DNA of 64,000 nucleotides from Rhina ancylostomus. Its lineage: Eukaryota. Each line of letters opens with the position of its first letter. Within the stretch, counting starts at the first letter, position 1. The stretch lies in assembly GCA_030265395.1 (NCBI GenBank), contig JARFYF010000050.1:4344730-4408729 (forward strand), written 5' to 3'. Position numbers and translations under genes: made by a program. This document shows positions 51,450-64,000 of the stretch, one piece after another. The notes beneath the pieces are model-generated. The model saw only the letters and a list, made by a program, of their open reading frames with translations. It had not been told where the DNA came from and did no database searches.

Positions 51450-52445
51450 AGAGTTATAGAGTCATACAGCACAGAAACATGCCCTTCAGCCCAAATGGTC
51501 CATGCTGATCCAGATGCCCATCAAAGCTTGTCCCATTTGCCCCATATCCCACTAAACCTTTCCTATCTGTGTACCTCTCCAAGTGTCTTTTAAGTGTTGT
51601 TAATGTACCTACCTCAACCACTTCCTCTGGCAGTTGATTCCATATACAGACCACCCTCAATGAAAAAGGTTACCCCACAGGTTCCTATCAATTCTCTCCC
51701 CTCTCACCTTAACCTATGCCATCTCATTCTTGATTCCCCAACCCTGGGAAAAAGACCATGAGCATTCACCCTATCTATGTCTCTCATGATTTCATACACT
51801 GCTATAAGATTGCCCTTCNNNNNNNNNNNNNNNNNNNNNNNNNNNNNNNNNNNNNNNNNNNNNNNNNNNNNNNNNNNNNNNNNNNNNNNNNNNNNNNNNN
51901 NNNNNNNNNNNNNNNNNNTGTCTCTCATGATTTCATACACTGCTATAAGATTGCCCTTCTTTCTCCTGCACTCCAATGAATAAAGTTCTAGCCTACTCAT
52001 CCTCTCGCTATAACTCAATCCCTTGAAACCTGGCGACATCCTCATAATTCTTTTCTGCACTCTGTCTAGCTTAATAGCATCTTTCCTACAGCAGGCTGAC
52101 CAAACTTGAACACAATACTCCAAATGCGGCCCCACCAACATCTTGTACAACTGCAAAATAACATCTGAACATCTACACTCAATGCCCTGATAGATGAAGG
52201 CCAGCGTGCCAAAAGCCTTCTACACCACGCTGTCTACGTGTGACACCACTGGGAACCATGTACTTGTATTCCCAGGTCCTTCTGTTCTACAACACTCCCC
52301 AGGGCCCTACTGTTTGCAGTGAAAGCTCTACCCTCATCTCTTCCCAAACTGCAATACCTCGCACTTATCTGAGTTAAACTCCATTTGCCATTCCATGGCC
52401 CACTTACCCAGCTGATCAAGATCCCACAGTAATTCTTGATAACCT
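51450..52445 (-). mobile_element. CR1-clade (HER1-like) LINE 3' part, spanning gap
   Basis: QLYKMLVGPHLEYCVQVWS..RVQKR..GLSYSER..LYSLE; tail agagttatagagtcatacagcacagaaac. Confidence 0.9.
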
Positions 52446-52479
52446 TCTTATTGACTAATCTGATTGAAAATCTCAACAC

Positions 52480-53560
52480 CATATCCTCATCAACCTATGC
52501 TAGCTTTTCACCCCCTTGCTTATCAAGTATCTATCTGTCAGTCTTAAAAATAATCAAAGATTCCACCTTAAAGGGTGGTGGAGCAGAAAGTTCCAAAGCC
52601 TCCGAACCTCCCATTCCACGCCCCCCCCCCCCCCCCCCCCCNNNNNNNNNNNNNNNNNNNNNNNNNNNNNNNNNNNNNNNNNNNNNNNNNNNNNNNNNNN
52701 NNNNNNNNNNNNNNNNNNNNNNNNNNNNNNNNNNNNNNNNNCTCACAACCTCCCATTCCACCCCCCCCCCCCCCCCAGCGAGAGGGGGAGAAAAGTCTCA
52801 TCTGTCTTAAATGAGACATCCCTAATTCTAGATTGTCCTACAAGTAGAACATTCTCTCCACATCCATCCCATCAAGACCCCTCAGGATCTCACGTTCTAA
52901 TCAAGTCCCCTCTCTTCTAAACTCCAGTGCATACAAGCCTAGTCTGTCCAACTTTTCCTCATAAGATAACCCACCCTTTCCAGGTATTAGTCTAGTAAAC
53001 CTTCTCTGAACTGTTTCCAAAGTACTTACATCCTTTCCTAAATATGGAGACCAATACTGTATACAGTATACCAGATTTGGTTGCACCAATGCCCTATCTA
53101 ACTAAAGAATAACCTCCCTAGTATTGTATTCAATTCTCTTAGCAATAAACAATACCATTCTGTTAGTTTTCCTAATTAATTGCAATACTGCATACTAGCC
53201 TTGCAAATTTAGCAAACATACCTGTGGTGCCTTTATTCCAATTCTTTATATAATTGTTTGTGGCACACCCAGTCGTAACATCTTGCCAACCAGAGAAAGG
53301 CCCATTTATTGTCTACTCTCTTATTCATATTAACCAGTTTATCTTCTGTTCACACCAATAGGTTACCTGCTATACCTTGAGCTTATATTTTCTGCAATGA
53401 CCTTTGATAAACCACTTCATCATATATGTTCTGTAAATCTAAATATAAAATACATTCATTGGCTCCACTTTATCCATGGTACATATTACATTTTACATAT
53501 GCAAAGAACTCTAATAACTTAGTCAATATACACAATGAAATCCTCATCTAGCTATCTTTG
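52480..53560 (-). mobile_element. CR1-clade LINE 3' part (second subfamily)
   Basis: YCIQYWSPYLGKDVSTLETVQRRFTRLIPG.GGLSYEEKLDRLGLYALEFRR. Confidence 0.8.
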
Positions 53561-53969
53561 CCATCTGACTTATCCAGTCTATATATAGATAAAAATATGA
53601 TTATTGTGAAAGGTGTCACCTTAGGTTGCAAAGTTGCTGTAGTACATGAAATGTAAATGCAACCAGTAGCCATATGACAACAATGGAACCTGAGTGGATG
53701 CTGCATTGGCCATGAATTGAACACAGGTGTGTCAAATGGCAGGTGAGAATTATACCCCTGCACTATGAGATGGAGGTTTAGTGCAGCTCAGGATACAGGC
53801 AGCAGAATTTTGGATGAATTCAGGTTTACAGAGGATAAAAGATAGGAGGTCAGTCTGGAAATCATCACAAAGTGCAGAGTCTGTGGACAGCAAAGATGTG
53901 AATGAGTTTCAGTGATCAATGGGCTGTCACAGGGTAGAGGTGGACAAATGGTGGAATTGAGTAGTATAC

Positions 53970-54600
53970 AGAAGAAATAGAAGCATGAATTGCCCCTTGA
54001 GCCTGCTGTGCCTTCAATAAGATCATGGCTAATCCATTCTTGGCCTCAATTATTTTCTTACTTTCTTCTCACACTCCTCAACTCCATAGCACTTTAAATG
54101 TCTGTCAGTCTCAGTCTTAATTTTTTTCAAGTACTCTGCCTCCTCAGTTCTTTGAGTAGAGAATTCCAAATATTCATGATGCTCAGAGAAGAAATTCCTT
54201 CTCCCCCCTTTCTGGGGACCACATCTTTTGAAACTATGCCCTCCGTTTCTAAATGCTCCCAATAAAGGAAACACCCTCTCAGCATCTCCTCCATCAGTCC
54301 CTCTTGTGTTTCACCCCTCATTCTTCTACAATGAATATAGGCCCCGACTGCTCACCTTTTAATATATCAACCTCTTCATCCCAGGAATTAATGGTGAATT
54401 TTCTCTGCACTACCTCCAATGCAATGCATGGATACTTCAATGTGAAGAACAGAAGTACTCCAGATGTGGCCTTACCAGTGTCCTATAAAGTTGCAGCAAA
54501 ACCTCCCTACTTTTATTATACTGCATATCCCTTGCAATAAATTGCATCATTCATTAGCCTTCGTGATTACTTGCTGTAACTGCATGCTAATTTTGTGTTT
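53970..54600 (-). mobile_element. CR1-clade LINE 3' fragment
   Basis: Tail aagaaatagaagcatg..gccccttgagcctgct; MFPLLG..RNGGHS.K, RNFFSE. Confidence 0.75.
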
Positions 54601-57559
54601 CAAAAAGAGGATAGAGCAGATATAGGCTTGAAGCTCACCACAACAAATGGATCTGGGTCATTTCTGATCTAATCTTTCTTACTTTATGTCAACTGATATC
54701 CTCATTGTAACAATTATAATAAGATCTGAACATGATTTGGAATGCTTATTATCCTCAAGACCATAACAATTAGAATCCCATTTGTACTATAGTTGTCAGC
54801 AGCAGGATCTACTAATGAAATATACTTTGTTTCTGAAATTAGAGATGGTTAATACCACAGGAACAGATGTGTTGTTAGCAAGTTAATGTATCTTTCGGTA
54901 TTTTAAAAATTCTATTTTTAAAAATATCAGCTTGCATTTCTGTTTTGTTTGGAATAAAATGTTAAAAAGAACTACTAGGCTTCAATGTGAAGCTGCTGAT
55001 GGCTAAGAGAAGCACTTGTGTCTCTTGTCGGTGCATTAACACAAGACCTCTAAATTGTTAGAACTGTTTGATTAATCATTTCGCTGATAGGTAAAAATAA
55101 TTAATTTAAAAATTAGAAAATGCTGTAATCCAACTGGGATTTAATTCTTTATAAAATATATGACACAGATCCACCCAACTGGAGATATTCCCTACCTTTA
55201 TCCTCAATTCAAATTATCTTTCAATGAATGTTTCTAAATTTGCCATGGTTCACAATGTGCTGTGTTAAATATAGTGCAAAAGATTATTTATGATACATTG
55301 ATTACTCATGGACTTCCACAGATGAAAATGTAACCAAATTTCTTTACAGTCATGCCTTTACTGTATATGGTGTCTTTGGCTCAATTTAGAGTTTAATTTT
55401 GGAAGTATTGCAACAATAGTATCTCTGAGTCTTTACAGGCAGACAACGTGTTGCTGACAGTTCGCAAGCATTTTACACACAGATAGCTAAAAGCATAAAT
55501 TGGAGATACCACCTGTATTAGGTTAGCTGGGGAAATCTATACTGTACAAAGATTGGCTGCTGTCAGTTCAACAGTACTGTGATATTTGATCAGAGGGTTA
55601 TTTTGCATCAGTTCAAAGAAAAATTTAAATAATAGCAAAATAATTCACCATTTATCTGGCACAGAAACCCATAACAATAATGAAAATGGCATCTTTTGTG
55701 ATTGCACATTGCAGTTGGAATCTGAACAAGTATAAAATGTTTCAAGTGAATCTGAGGCCACGATATTTTCCAAATCTTCAGTCATCTTTCACTGTTGCAT
55801 CAGTTGCATCTTGATCATGACATTGCCCTTAAACAGACCTGTGTTTCTCCATACCTTACATTATTTCAATAGCTTTTCCTGTTGACCAGTTCTTTATACT
55901 GTCTGCAGGCTCAAGGGATCCAGTATCCTGCTCCTATTCATATGCTCTTGGGTAGAAACATAATTATATTTATTGGAATAATCCAGGGAAGCCATAAAAT
56001 ATTATCCTTGCAACCTTTTTTCCACTTAGTGGTGACATTCTCAAATATTGTGATTGCTGGTCTCCTGTCACTAATTTCAGAGTATTAATGAAATGTTGTA
56101 CTTCTATCACCCAAAGCATTGAATTGGGTAAGAATGAAAGTAAAGCACATCTAAAATTGAATCGTTCCCCCAAGCAATTTTTTTTTGTTATGTTTCAATG
56201 CTGTAACTGTCTGAAAATGAATGCAGGAAAATTTTAAATCTACATAGGTCAGTATATGTGGGCTTATTTATGATGAATTAATACAAAAAAATAGACCAAC
56301 AGCAGTTTAAAGATATTCAGTTATTTTGCGTTACAATTGTCTTCCACCCATTATTTCAGAGTTTGCTACAATCTTGCAACAACATGGTAGAATTTGAGAA
56401 AAACACATACACAATTTGATTTTTAAAATCAAAGGAATTTGAAACTTGTGTTGAAAAACAAAGTTAACAGGTTTATGGTTAGTATTATAAGCTAATTTTA
56501 ATTTAAGATAATATCATGGGCATTTAATTCCCCTAGACTTTCACCTCTCCTCCCCTGATGGCATTGACTTCCTTGGCATGTTATGGATCAACAGATGTGC
56601 AAAGATTATATGTAAGCTTAGGCAGTGAATGGCAGCATATTATTTAATTTGAGGATATCACAGTAGAACTTTTTCCTGACATCATGTGGTTCAACACAAA
56701 AAAGAAGGGTAAAGTGCCTGGAAAGCTGTTGAGGTCAGAAGTCTAGTAGGCATTCCCTGCTTCAGTTAATCCTGTGCCTCTTGTGCTTCTGAAGTAAAGA
56801 CCAGCTGTTTTAGCAGACTGGTTATGAAAGCTGTGATACTCTATAGCTCCAAGAAGAGGTGTTATGATAGCTGAGCCTCAGGGAACCTGTGATTGGCATC
56901 CCACCTTCACTTAATGTTTGCTCAGTACAGTTCTTAATTAGATTGACACAGAATTTATAAATTTCATTATTCTTGCAATCATAAGACTAGGAGTTGTGAG
57001 GGAACCAGAGCATTTTGTATCCATGTACTGAAATTACCAACAGCTTGTGATCAGATAAAAGTAATCAAAATGGCTAATGGAATGATATTATCATCTCAGT
57101 TGTATTGAAATTCAAAAAGTGGAAGTGACTCTTTGGTTGAATGAAATCTTAGCTATGTGGAATTCAGTACTGAGTTTTAGACATCAAACCTCAAGAAAGG
57201 CAGCCTTGAGAAATGTACAGCATACANNNNNNNNNNNNNTACAATGTTCTCCAGGACTAGAAGGCATAATATTAAAATTAGAACTAGCCCATGTGGACAT
57301 AATATTAATTATGTGGACATGTGGAAGTGAGATTGGATAGCACTTTTTTCATGCAAAAGATAATGAAAGTTTTGGAGTCATTCAAGAGGCTATATTAGTC
57401 AAAACAGATAGAGGTGTTATCAAGGCTATAGGTTTAATACAGATGAACATAATTAAGATACAGATCAAGCATCATTTAATTAAATGATAGAATTAGCCCA
57501 TAGGATTAAATAGCCCACTCCCATTACTGTACTTAAAAAGTGTAAATAATATACAGAGA

Positions 57560-57725
57560 AAAATGTTCCACTTCACCCAATTCCACCTATCATTTACCAG
57601 CCATCGTCATCCCACCCTATCACCTGTTTATACTGGCTGTCTTCCCCTACACTCAGTCCTGATGCGTCATGAAATGTCGACCATCTCTTTGCTGCCTTAC
57701 CCGTTGAGTTTGTTTAATGTTCCAG
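57560..57725 (+). mobile_element. Penelope-derived terminus with truncated hammerhead-like motif (57656-57681)
   Basis: ccacctatca.. UTR then GTC CTGATGC gtcat GAAA TGTC GAC. Confidence 0.55.
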
Positions 57726-57819
57726 TATACTTTCTCTAATAGATGCATCTTTCTTCATCTCTCCTCACTCCATCCCAAAATAAATGATAAGTGAGGACCC
57801 CTAGTGAAAATGGAAGTCA

Positions 57820-59297
57820 ATGGGAATCATGAAGGAACCTCACCGCTGGCTGGAATTATTCCTCGCTGGTTGTGGTTGTTAAGGATTAGTCATCCCAGCC
57901 CCAGGTCAGCACCATTGGAGCTCCTCAGGGCATTGTCCTAGCCCAACCATTTTCAGCTGCTACTTCAGTGCCCTTTCTTCATGAAGTGTGGATGTTCACC
58001 AATGATTGCACAATGTTCAATTTGGTTTGCAACTCCTCAGATAGTGAACTAGTCCATGCTTGCATACAGCAAGATCAAGACAATGTTGGAGCACAAGATT
58101 AAAATAGAAAGTAACATTTGCACCTCACAATTGTAGGGCAGTGAGCATTTCTAAGAAGGGTCTGGCCACCCACCTTTGATATTTAATGGCATTACCATTT
58201 CTAAGTCTCCCACCATTAAGGGCTAGAAACTTAACTGGAGCAGATACAGGTTCACCTCCGGACTCTGCCAAAGCTTTTCCATCACCTACAAGGCACACAT
58301 CAAGAAAGTGATGGGATACAGTCCATTTGGCTGGATGGGTGCTGCTCCAACAACTGACAAGAAGCTTGATACCATCCAGAACAAAGCAGACCACTTGAAT
58401 GACATCTCATCCACCATCTTAAAGTGTCTTCTGGTGGTAAAAGGAGTGAATGTTTATCATCTTAAAAAATGCTCAATTATTTTGCAAGGCTATTCCAACA
58501 ATTTCTCCAAACCTCACTTTAACATAAAAAAGTAGTAGGACATCTAGCCCCTCAACCCTATCCTGTCATTCACTATCATGGCTGATTTACCCCAGGCCTC
58601 AACTACTCTTCTGTGCCAATTCCACATAGCTTTCAAAAATTTATATCTAACACCTCTTTAAATATCTTCAGTGATCTAGCCTCCAGAGTAGAGAAATCCA
58701 GAGATTTACCACTAAATGATTTACCACTACCCACTTATCTTGTAGGTTATGCCCTGTTGTTCAAGACTGCTATTTGTGGAAACATCCCAACATCTGTCTT
58801 TGAGATCTTATATGTTTCAATAATATCATCCCTCATTTTTCTGAACTCAAAGCATAAAGCTCTAACTTTTTTTTAAGTCATTCACGATAGGACAACCCAT
58901 TCATCTCAGGAAATGCTAGTACATGCTATCTCAAATTAGGGAACCAAATCTGTTCACTCCAGGTGTGCCATATTAACACCCTTAGAATCGAAACAGCACT
59001 TATTTCCAAACTCCAACTTCCTTATCAATATGCCACCAAGGAGGACAAGGAAGTAGGGACACCACAACATGCAAGTTCCCCTTTAAGTCATGCACCATCC
59101 CGACTTTGAAATATATGACTGCTGCTTTACTGTTACTGGGTCTATATCCTGGAACTCCCTTCTCAATGATAGTCTGAAAGTACCTTCAACAGAAGAAATG
59201 CAGCAGTTAAAAGAGGCAGCGCACTATTACCTATTCATGGATAAATGAAGATGGGCAATAAATCCTGCCCATATTCTTTAAATGAATAAATAAAAAA
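57820..59297 (+). mobile_element. Second CR1-clade family RT C-terminus, interrupted by an antisense CR1 tail (about 58530-59030)
   Basis: GAPQGIVL..IFSC, EVWMFTNDCT (GVPQGS/FADDC-like), IYKAH.K.VMGYSP..WMGAAPTT.KKLDTIQNKA; ends aataaataaaaaaa; related 3' end at about 30000-30415. Confidence 0.7.
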
Positions 59298-61384
59298 AGT
59301 TAGGTAACTGTCCATAAATATTTCAGTAACTTGCAAAGTGGGCAACAGTCTTTAAAGAACTACAATTCAAACCACTTACCATTGAACATAATTGATTTTA
59401 TATAGATTGTCAATTTTAAAAAGTGCTTGCTTGGCAGTTCCTAATTGATTTGGGGCAGTTTTGCTTTCAGTATCAGGTGGGAGATGGGAATGGATGCCAC
59501 ATTATCCTGTGATAATGGGCACCACTGGTTTGCTCCAACTTTGCCTTCCATTGGGGATGAGGACCTTATATGTGACACCAAAAATATCAGAATCATTGGT
59601 GAGGATTCCTTGGCTTGCTTCAGTGACAGATCCCCAAAGTGACATAGACAAGAATGAGAACACTAAGGGTGCTCCCATTCAGGTCTCCCATTAAGACCTG
59701 CCACTACATTTCAAATCCCACAAGCTTTTGCTTCTTGTATGTATGACAAATGTTCCGGCAACAAATGTTCACCTCATGCTGATTGATCAAATCAGCTGGC
59801 TCCATGCATAAGCACTTCATGAGGATAAAGGACCAAAATAGAATTTACCATTGCCCACAAGCAATTGTTTCCTGTGTCTTTCATGTAGCATATAAAATCC
59901 TTCTTTCATGACCAGCCACCTCAATAAAAGCAAATGATTCTCCACCCCAAGGGACAGCGAAAGAAGATCACTGCACTAAATGGTAGAATTTCTTTTAGAA
60001 GCTTCATCGACCAAAGTCTGATCTGATCATAAAAACCTTGTTTAGTAAAACATTGGAACTAAAGAAAGAAAAAGAGTTAGCAAGTAATTTTACAACTTGC
60101 ACTAGAAGCATTGTCTCTATTTATAGGAAGGTGGCAGAGAATGATTAATCTTCTAGCAACCAATCTGCCACCTATTTTTTTAAGTCTAAAGTCTGAAAAT
60201 AGAATTCTGCAATGTGATAGCATAAGCATTAAGCAAGTCTCAAGGCACTTTTATAATGGAGGAGCGCAGCTGCCAGCACATTCGGTCTTCTCTTTGATGG
60301 CCTTTCTCTTTGATGGCCTTTCTCTTTAATATGATTGAGCTTGGCAGTAAGAGAATTGATGGCACCACAGATGTATGAAAACGTGAATTTAAAAACTTGC
60401 CAACCTGAGGGTCTTAATGGTCTATTTCTTGTTCCTATATAAAGTTCAATTGCTGCTCAGAAAGATTGAATGAGCTAACAAGACCAGAATATGTGCAACA
60501 ATATGTCGCTCACCCTGAAGCTTTTAAAAGATCGGTCTTTGGCAAGAATAGAATGTTGAATATAGCAAAAAGGAAAAAGTAACTTGCATTTTTAAAGTGC
60601 TTTACAGCCAGTTTTATTTGAGGTATATTAATTTAGTTAATACACCTAATTTGTGTACAATAGGTCTACAAATATTACATATTGATGGTGTTGATTGACA
60701 ACTTATATTTGACAGGATATAGATGCCTTGAAATTGAATCCATTTGTACCTGTTTTATTCAAGTTTTGTTTGCACCCAAGTCCCACCCATAGTTTTTAAG
60801 CCTAGAAACAGTGAGAAGGGCTTGCACACTTTTCAGAAATGTAGCATATTGATGATACATATGTTGATCATTTAAGCACTTGACAATTAACTAGTTAATC
60901 CTATGGAAGACAATTATAATTCCATTTTTAGTTTAGAGCACTTTAAAAGTATTTTGTGGGTATCAGTAGTATGGTTGGCATTTGCTGTCTCTAACTGCCC
61001 AAACTGAGTAACTTGCTCACTTAGTCAGAGGTAGTTAAGAGTGTTGGTGGTGTCAGTCCAGGTAAGGGTGGCAGATATTACAGAATCAACAATCCATTTA
61101 GTTTCACGGTCACCATTATTAACACTGGCCTTTTCTTTGAATTTAAATTCCCCCACAAGTCATGGTAGTTTCAAACTTCAGTCCAGTCTTCAGGAATTCA
61201 ATGTCAGTAACAACTACTGTTGTACCATAGCTGCTGTAGTTCAGATATAGATGTGCTTGCCTTGTACGTTTTTACCCTGACTTTATAATACTAATTGTTT
61301 TCTTTTATAGTTTTGATCCCCATATATTGTTATAGTGTTGCACCCTTCAGTTTTGTCACCTCGATGAAATCCAGCTTGACCTTG

Positions 61385-61720
61385 AATGAAATGAAAACAA
61401 AACATGCTGGAAATACTGAGCAGATTGAGCAGCATCTGTGGAGAGAGGTCCATGACTTTCACAGGACTGAGAAATTTGGAAATCAAACAATTTAAATTGA
61501 ACAGAAGTGGGAAGTGAGAGAACTATACGATGAGGTGGAGACCAAGAAAGATGTGGCTTCTTAATCACAGACAATCTGCTCAGAGGACTTGTAGATGAAG
61601 AAAAAATGCTGGAACCAGAAATACCATGAAAGAACAAAACACTGTAGATGCTGGAAATCTGAACTAAAAACAGAGAATGCTGGAAGTAGCCAGTAAGAAT
61701 CCAGCATACAGATGAGGAGT
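61385..61720 (-). mobile_element. Tandem Penelope-derived terminal repeats
   Basis: Two successive atgctggaaat..cagcat units, same family as 9440-9700 and 46815-47215. Confidence 0.65.
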
Positions 61721-63170
61721 ATAAATACTCTGGCAGATAACAGTGATATAATCGTAACATTGGTGGTTAATAGTGAATTGCAAAAAAAAATGCCATCTGT
61801 CCACCAGAAAATCAGTTTGAAGGGAAAATCATTGACCCAAAATGTTAATGCTTAGAAATTCATCTTTGGTCAGTGCTAAATGTCACTAAACATATAGTGG
61901 CAGCACATTGTATTCCACTTCCAAAATTGTTTAATTCATTCAGAACTGGATTTCAGAGGCAAAATAGAATAAACTGCTTCTACTGTGTGATGTGGTTAGC
62001 ATTCCTGTTTAGAGATTCCTTCCCATCAAGACCATAAAGCACAATTGCTTTAAATCTGTCTTAATTTATAGATACTGGAAGTAATCCATGAATTGCATTG
62101 CTCAATTCTTACAGCAGCTTTCCATACTTACTGCAGCATTATCTCTGGATCAAGGATAATTTTCTTCCACTCTGGTTTTGTCAGTTCTAAAGTGGATAAT
62201 GAGGCCATTGTGGGAATCACCATAATGGAACATACAGAATCCTAAAATTGGATCCAAACAGTACCAGTTTTCACACTGTATGCCTGCTGCTTCCTCCTAT
62301 CCATCAATGTTTTCTTAACACCTAGTCAGAGTATCACTGTAGTACGCAGAGAAACTGCTGCATAAGGACTTTTTTTTAAAAAAGACTTGAAATAACCTAT
62401 TTTTATAAATAACTGGCAGAAAGCTTAAAGTAATTAAATCAAATGTTTTAGGAACAGGAGTAGGCCTTGAGTCCCTTGAATCTGTTCCACCATTTGATTG
62501 GATCATGGCTGAAATATATTTGCTTTATTGGCCTTGAATTCATTGGTTTCTTTTTCCTCTGTGTGTATGGCCACAAAGTTGATTGATTCAATCACATAAC
62601 TTATTGACAAAAGCTAGTATCTCCAATGAGTGCAGTACAAAAAGTGAAGAAGATGCAGCATCCATTCCCTTCTTCATAAAAATAGTGCTAGGGTACTGGG
62701 AGAGACAAGCTATCTGTGAGTGTCAAAAGACCGCAACAAAAAAAGGGAATTAAATTTTATAGAATTGTAATTCCTGTCTCTAGTGAGGCAAGATCAGCCA
62801 TAATGCCAACTGTGGTAATATTTGCTCAAAGAACTCCCACTGCATATGTCATAAGACCAGCTGCCATTTACAAATCTTATATTAGCTGTGGTCTAAAATG
62901 TAATTTTTGATGTTCTTAATAATTCCCTGTCTCTTCAACAAAAAGGGGTCAGAATAGTAAGCATTTCCATCTGTGTGTGGAAGCATCTATTCCCCATAAA
63001 TAGATGAGGTGACACCATTACCAGAAAAGGTGAATTTCAGGAAACATACACAAGCTCATTAAAAGTGTCATGCTTAATGTTTTGGCAGGGGCTGGGACGG
63101 CAAAGTAGTCTTGGCTTCTTAGAAACTCTGAAGTATTTAAGATGTAATTGCATGCATTTCTTCTCTTTAG

Positions 63171-63281
<111 letters not shown>

Positions 63282-64000
63282 TGAAAATATTTTCAAGCTT
63301 TTTTTTACAACAAGATAATTTTTGCAGTNNNNNNNNNNNNNNNNNNNNNNNNNNNNNNNNNNNNNNNNNNNNNNNNNNNNNNNNNNNNNNNNNNNATGAT
63401 TATGTAGTAAAATTATGCTGGAATATTGATTGAATGAAATAGAATTTTTCATGTGGAAATTAACAGTAATCATAGGAAACTGAAACAAAAATACTCATCT
63501 TTTGAACGGAATTGTTAAAAAAAATCAACTCATTTCCTTTTTTTAAAAAAAATTGCATCAGAGAGGATAAAAAACAAAATAGCATCAGAGGAAACCTTAA
63601 GTGCAATTGCGTGACTGTAGTATAGGAGTGTGGGAGAAGTGCAAGCTTTTAATGAGTTTTAATCAAGAGAAAGATGGATGAAAAAGTCAGGTTAAACATG
63701 AAAAAGCAATTTGCATTTAGAGTATATCTTTCCTAATTTTTGAATGTCCCAGATTGTTTCGTAAACTAATGAATTACTTTTGAAATGTAGTCAATGTTAT
63801 ATAAATTGCATAATCAAGCTTCAAGTATACATGTGCCATTAGTGTCGATATATAAATAAATTTATTCAAATTTAGTTCTGCACTGTACTCATTACAATTA
63901 GTTATTTTTCTGCATTTGTGTCACAGTTCAGCAAACATAATGGTTAAGAATATCCAAGTCAGATTCAATTGTAGAGCATCTACAGATACATCAGACTGAA

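Noticed and set aside
60288-60327. Short tandem duplication ttctctttgatggcct (about 2.5 copies); similar at about 35885-35915
   Set aside because: Ordinary micro-duplication without spacers; not CRISPR-like

Overview
Vertebrate genomic DNA, most likely a cartilaginous fish (probably a ray/skate; inferred from the repeat families only). The window lies inside one + strand gene, a conventional protein kinase C best matching PKC-alpha (PRKCA). Eight coding exons, equivalent to human exons 7-14, are recovered with canonical AG/GT boundaries. They splice into an uninterrupted 907-nt frame covering the end of the C2 domain, the V3 hinge and kinase subdomains I-IX. The rest is intron, densely filled with decayed retroelements: many CR1-clade LINE fragments, Rex1/Babar LINEs, RTE LINEs, L2 fragments, Penelope-like (GIY-YIG) elements, V-SINEs, DeuSINE-like elements, a Ty3/Gypsy pol remnant and a candidate solo LTR. 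There are about 11 assembly gaps. The most interesting non-gene signals are (i) many minimal hammerhead-ribozyme-like motifs in Penelope-derived termini, some back-to-back and one in sense orientation just upstream of a kinase exon, (ii) two Penelope copies with 5' inversions, and (iii) a V-SINE whose 3' tail matches a Rex1-like LINE. I found no convincing wholly new system. Repeat boundaries are approximate and family names come from motif recognition, not database searches.
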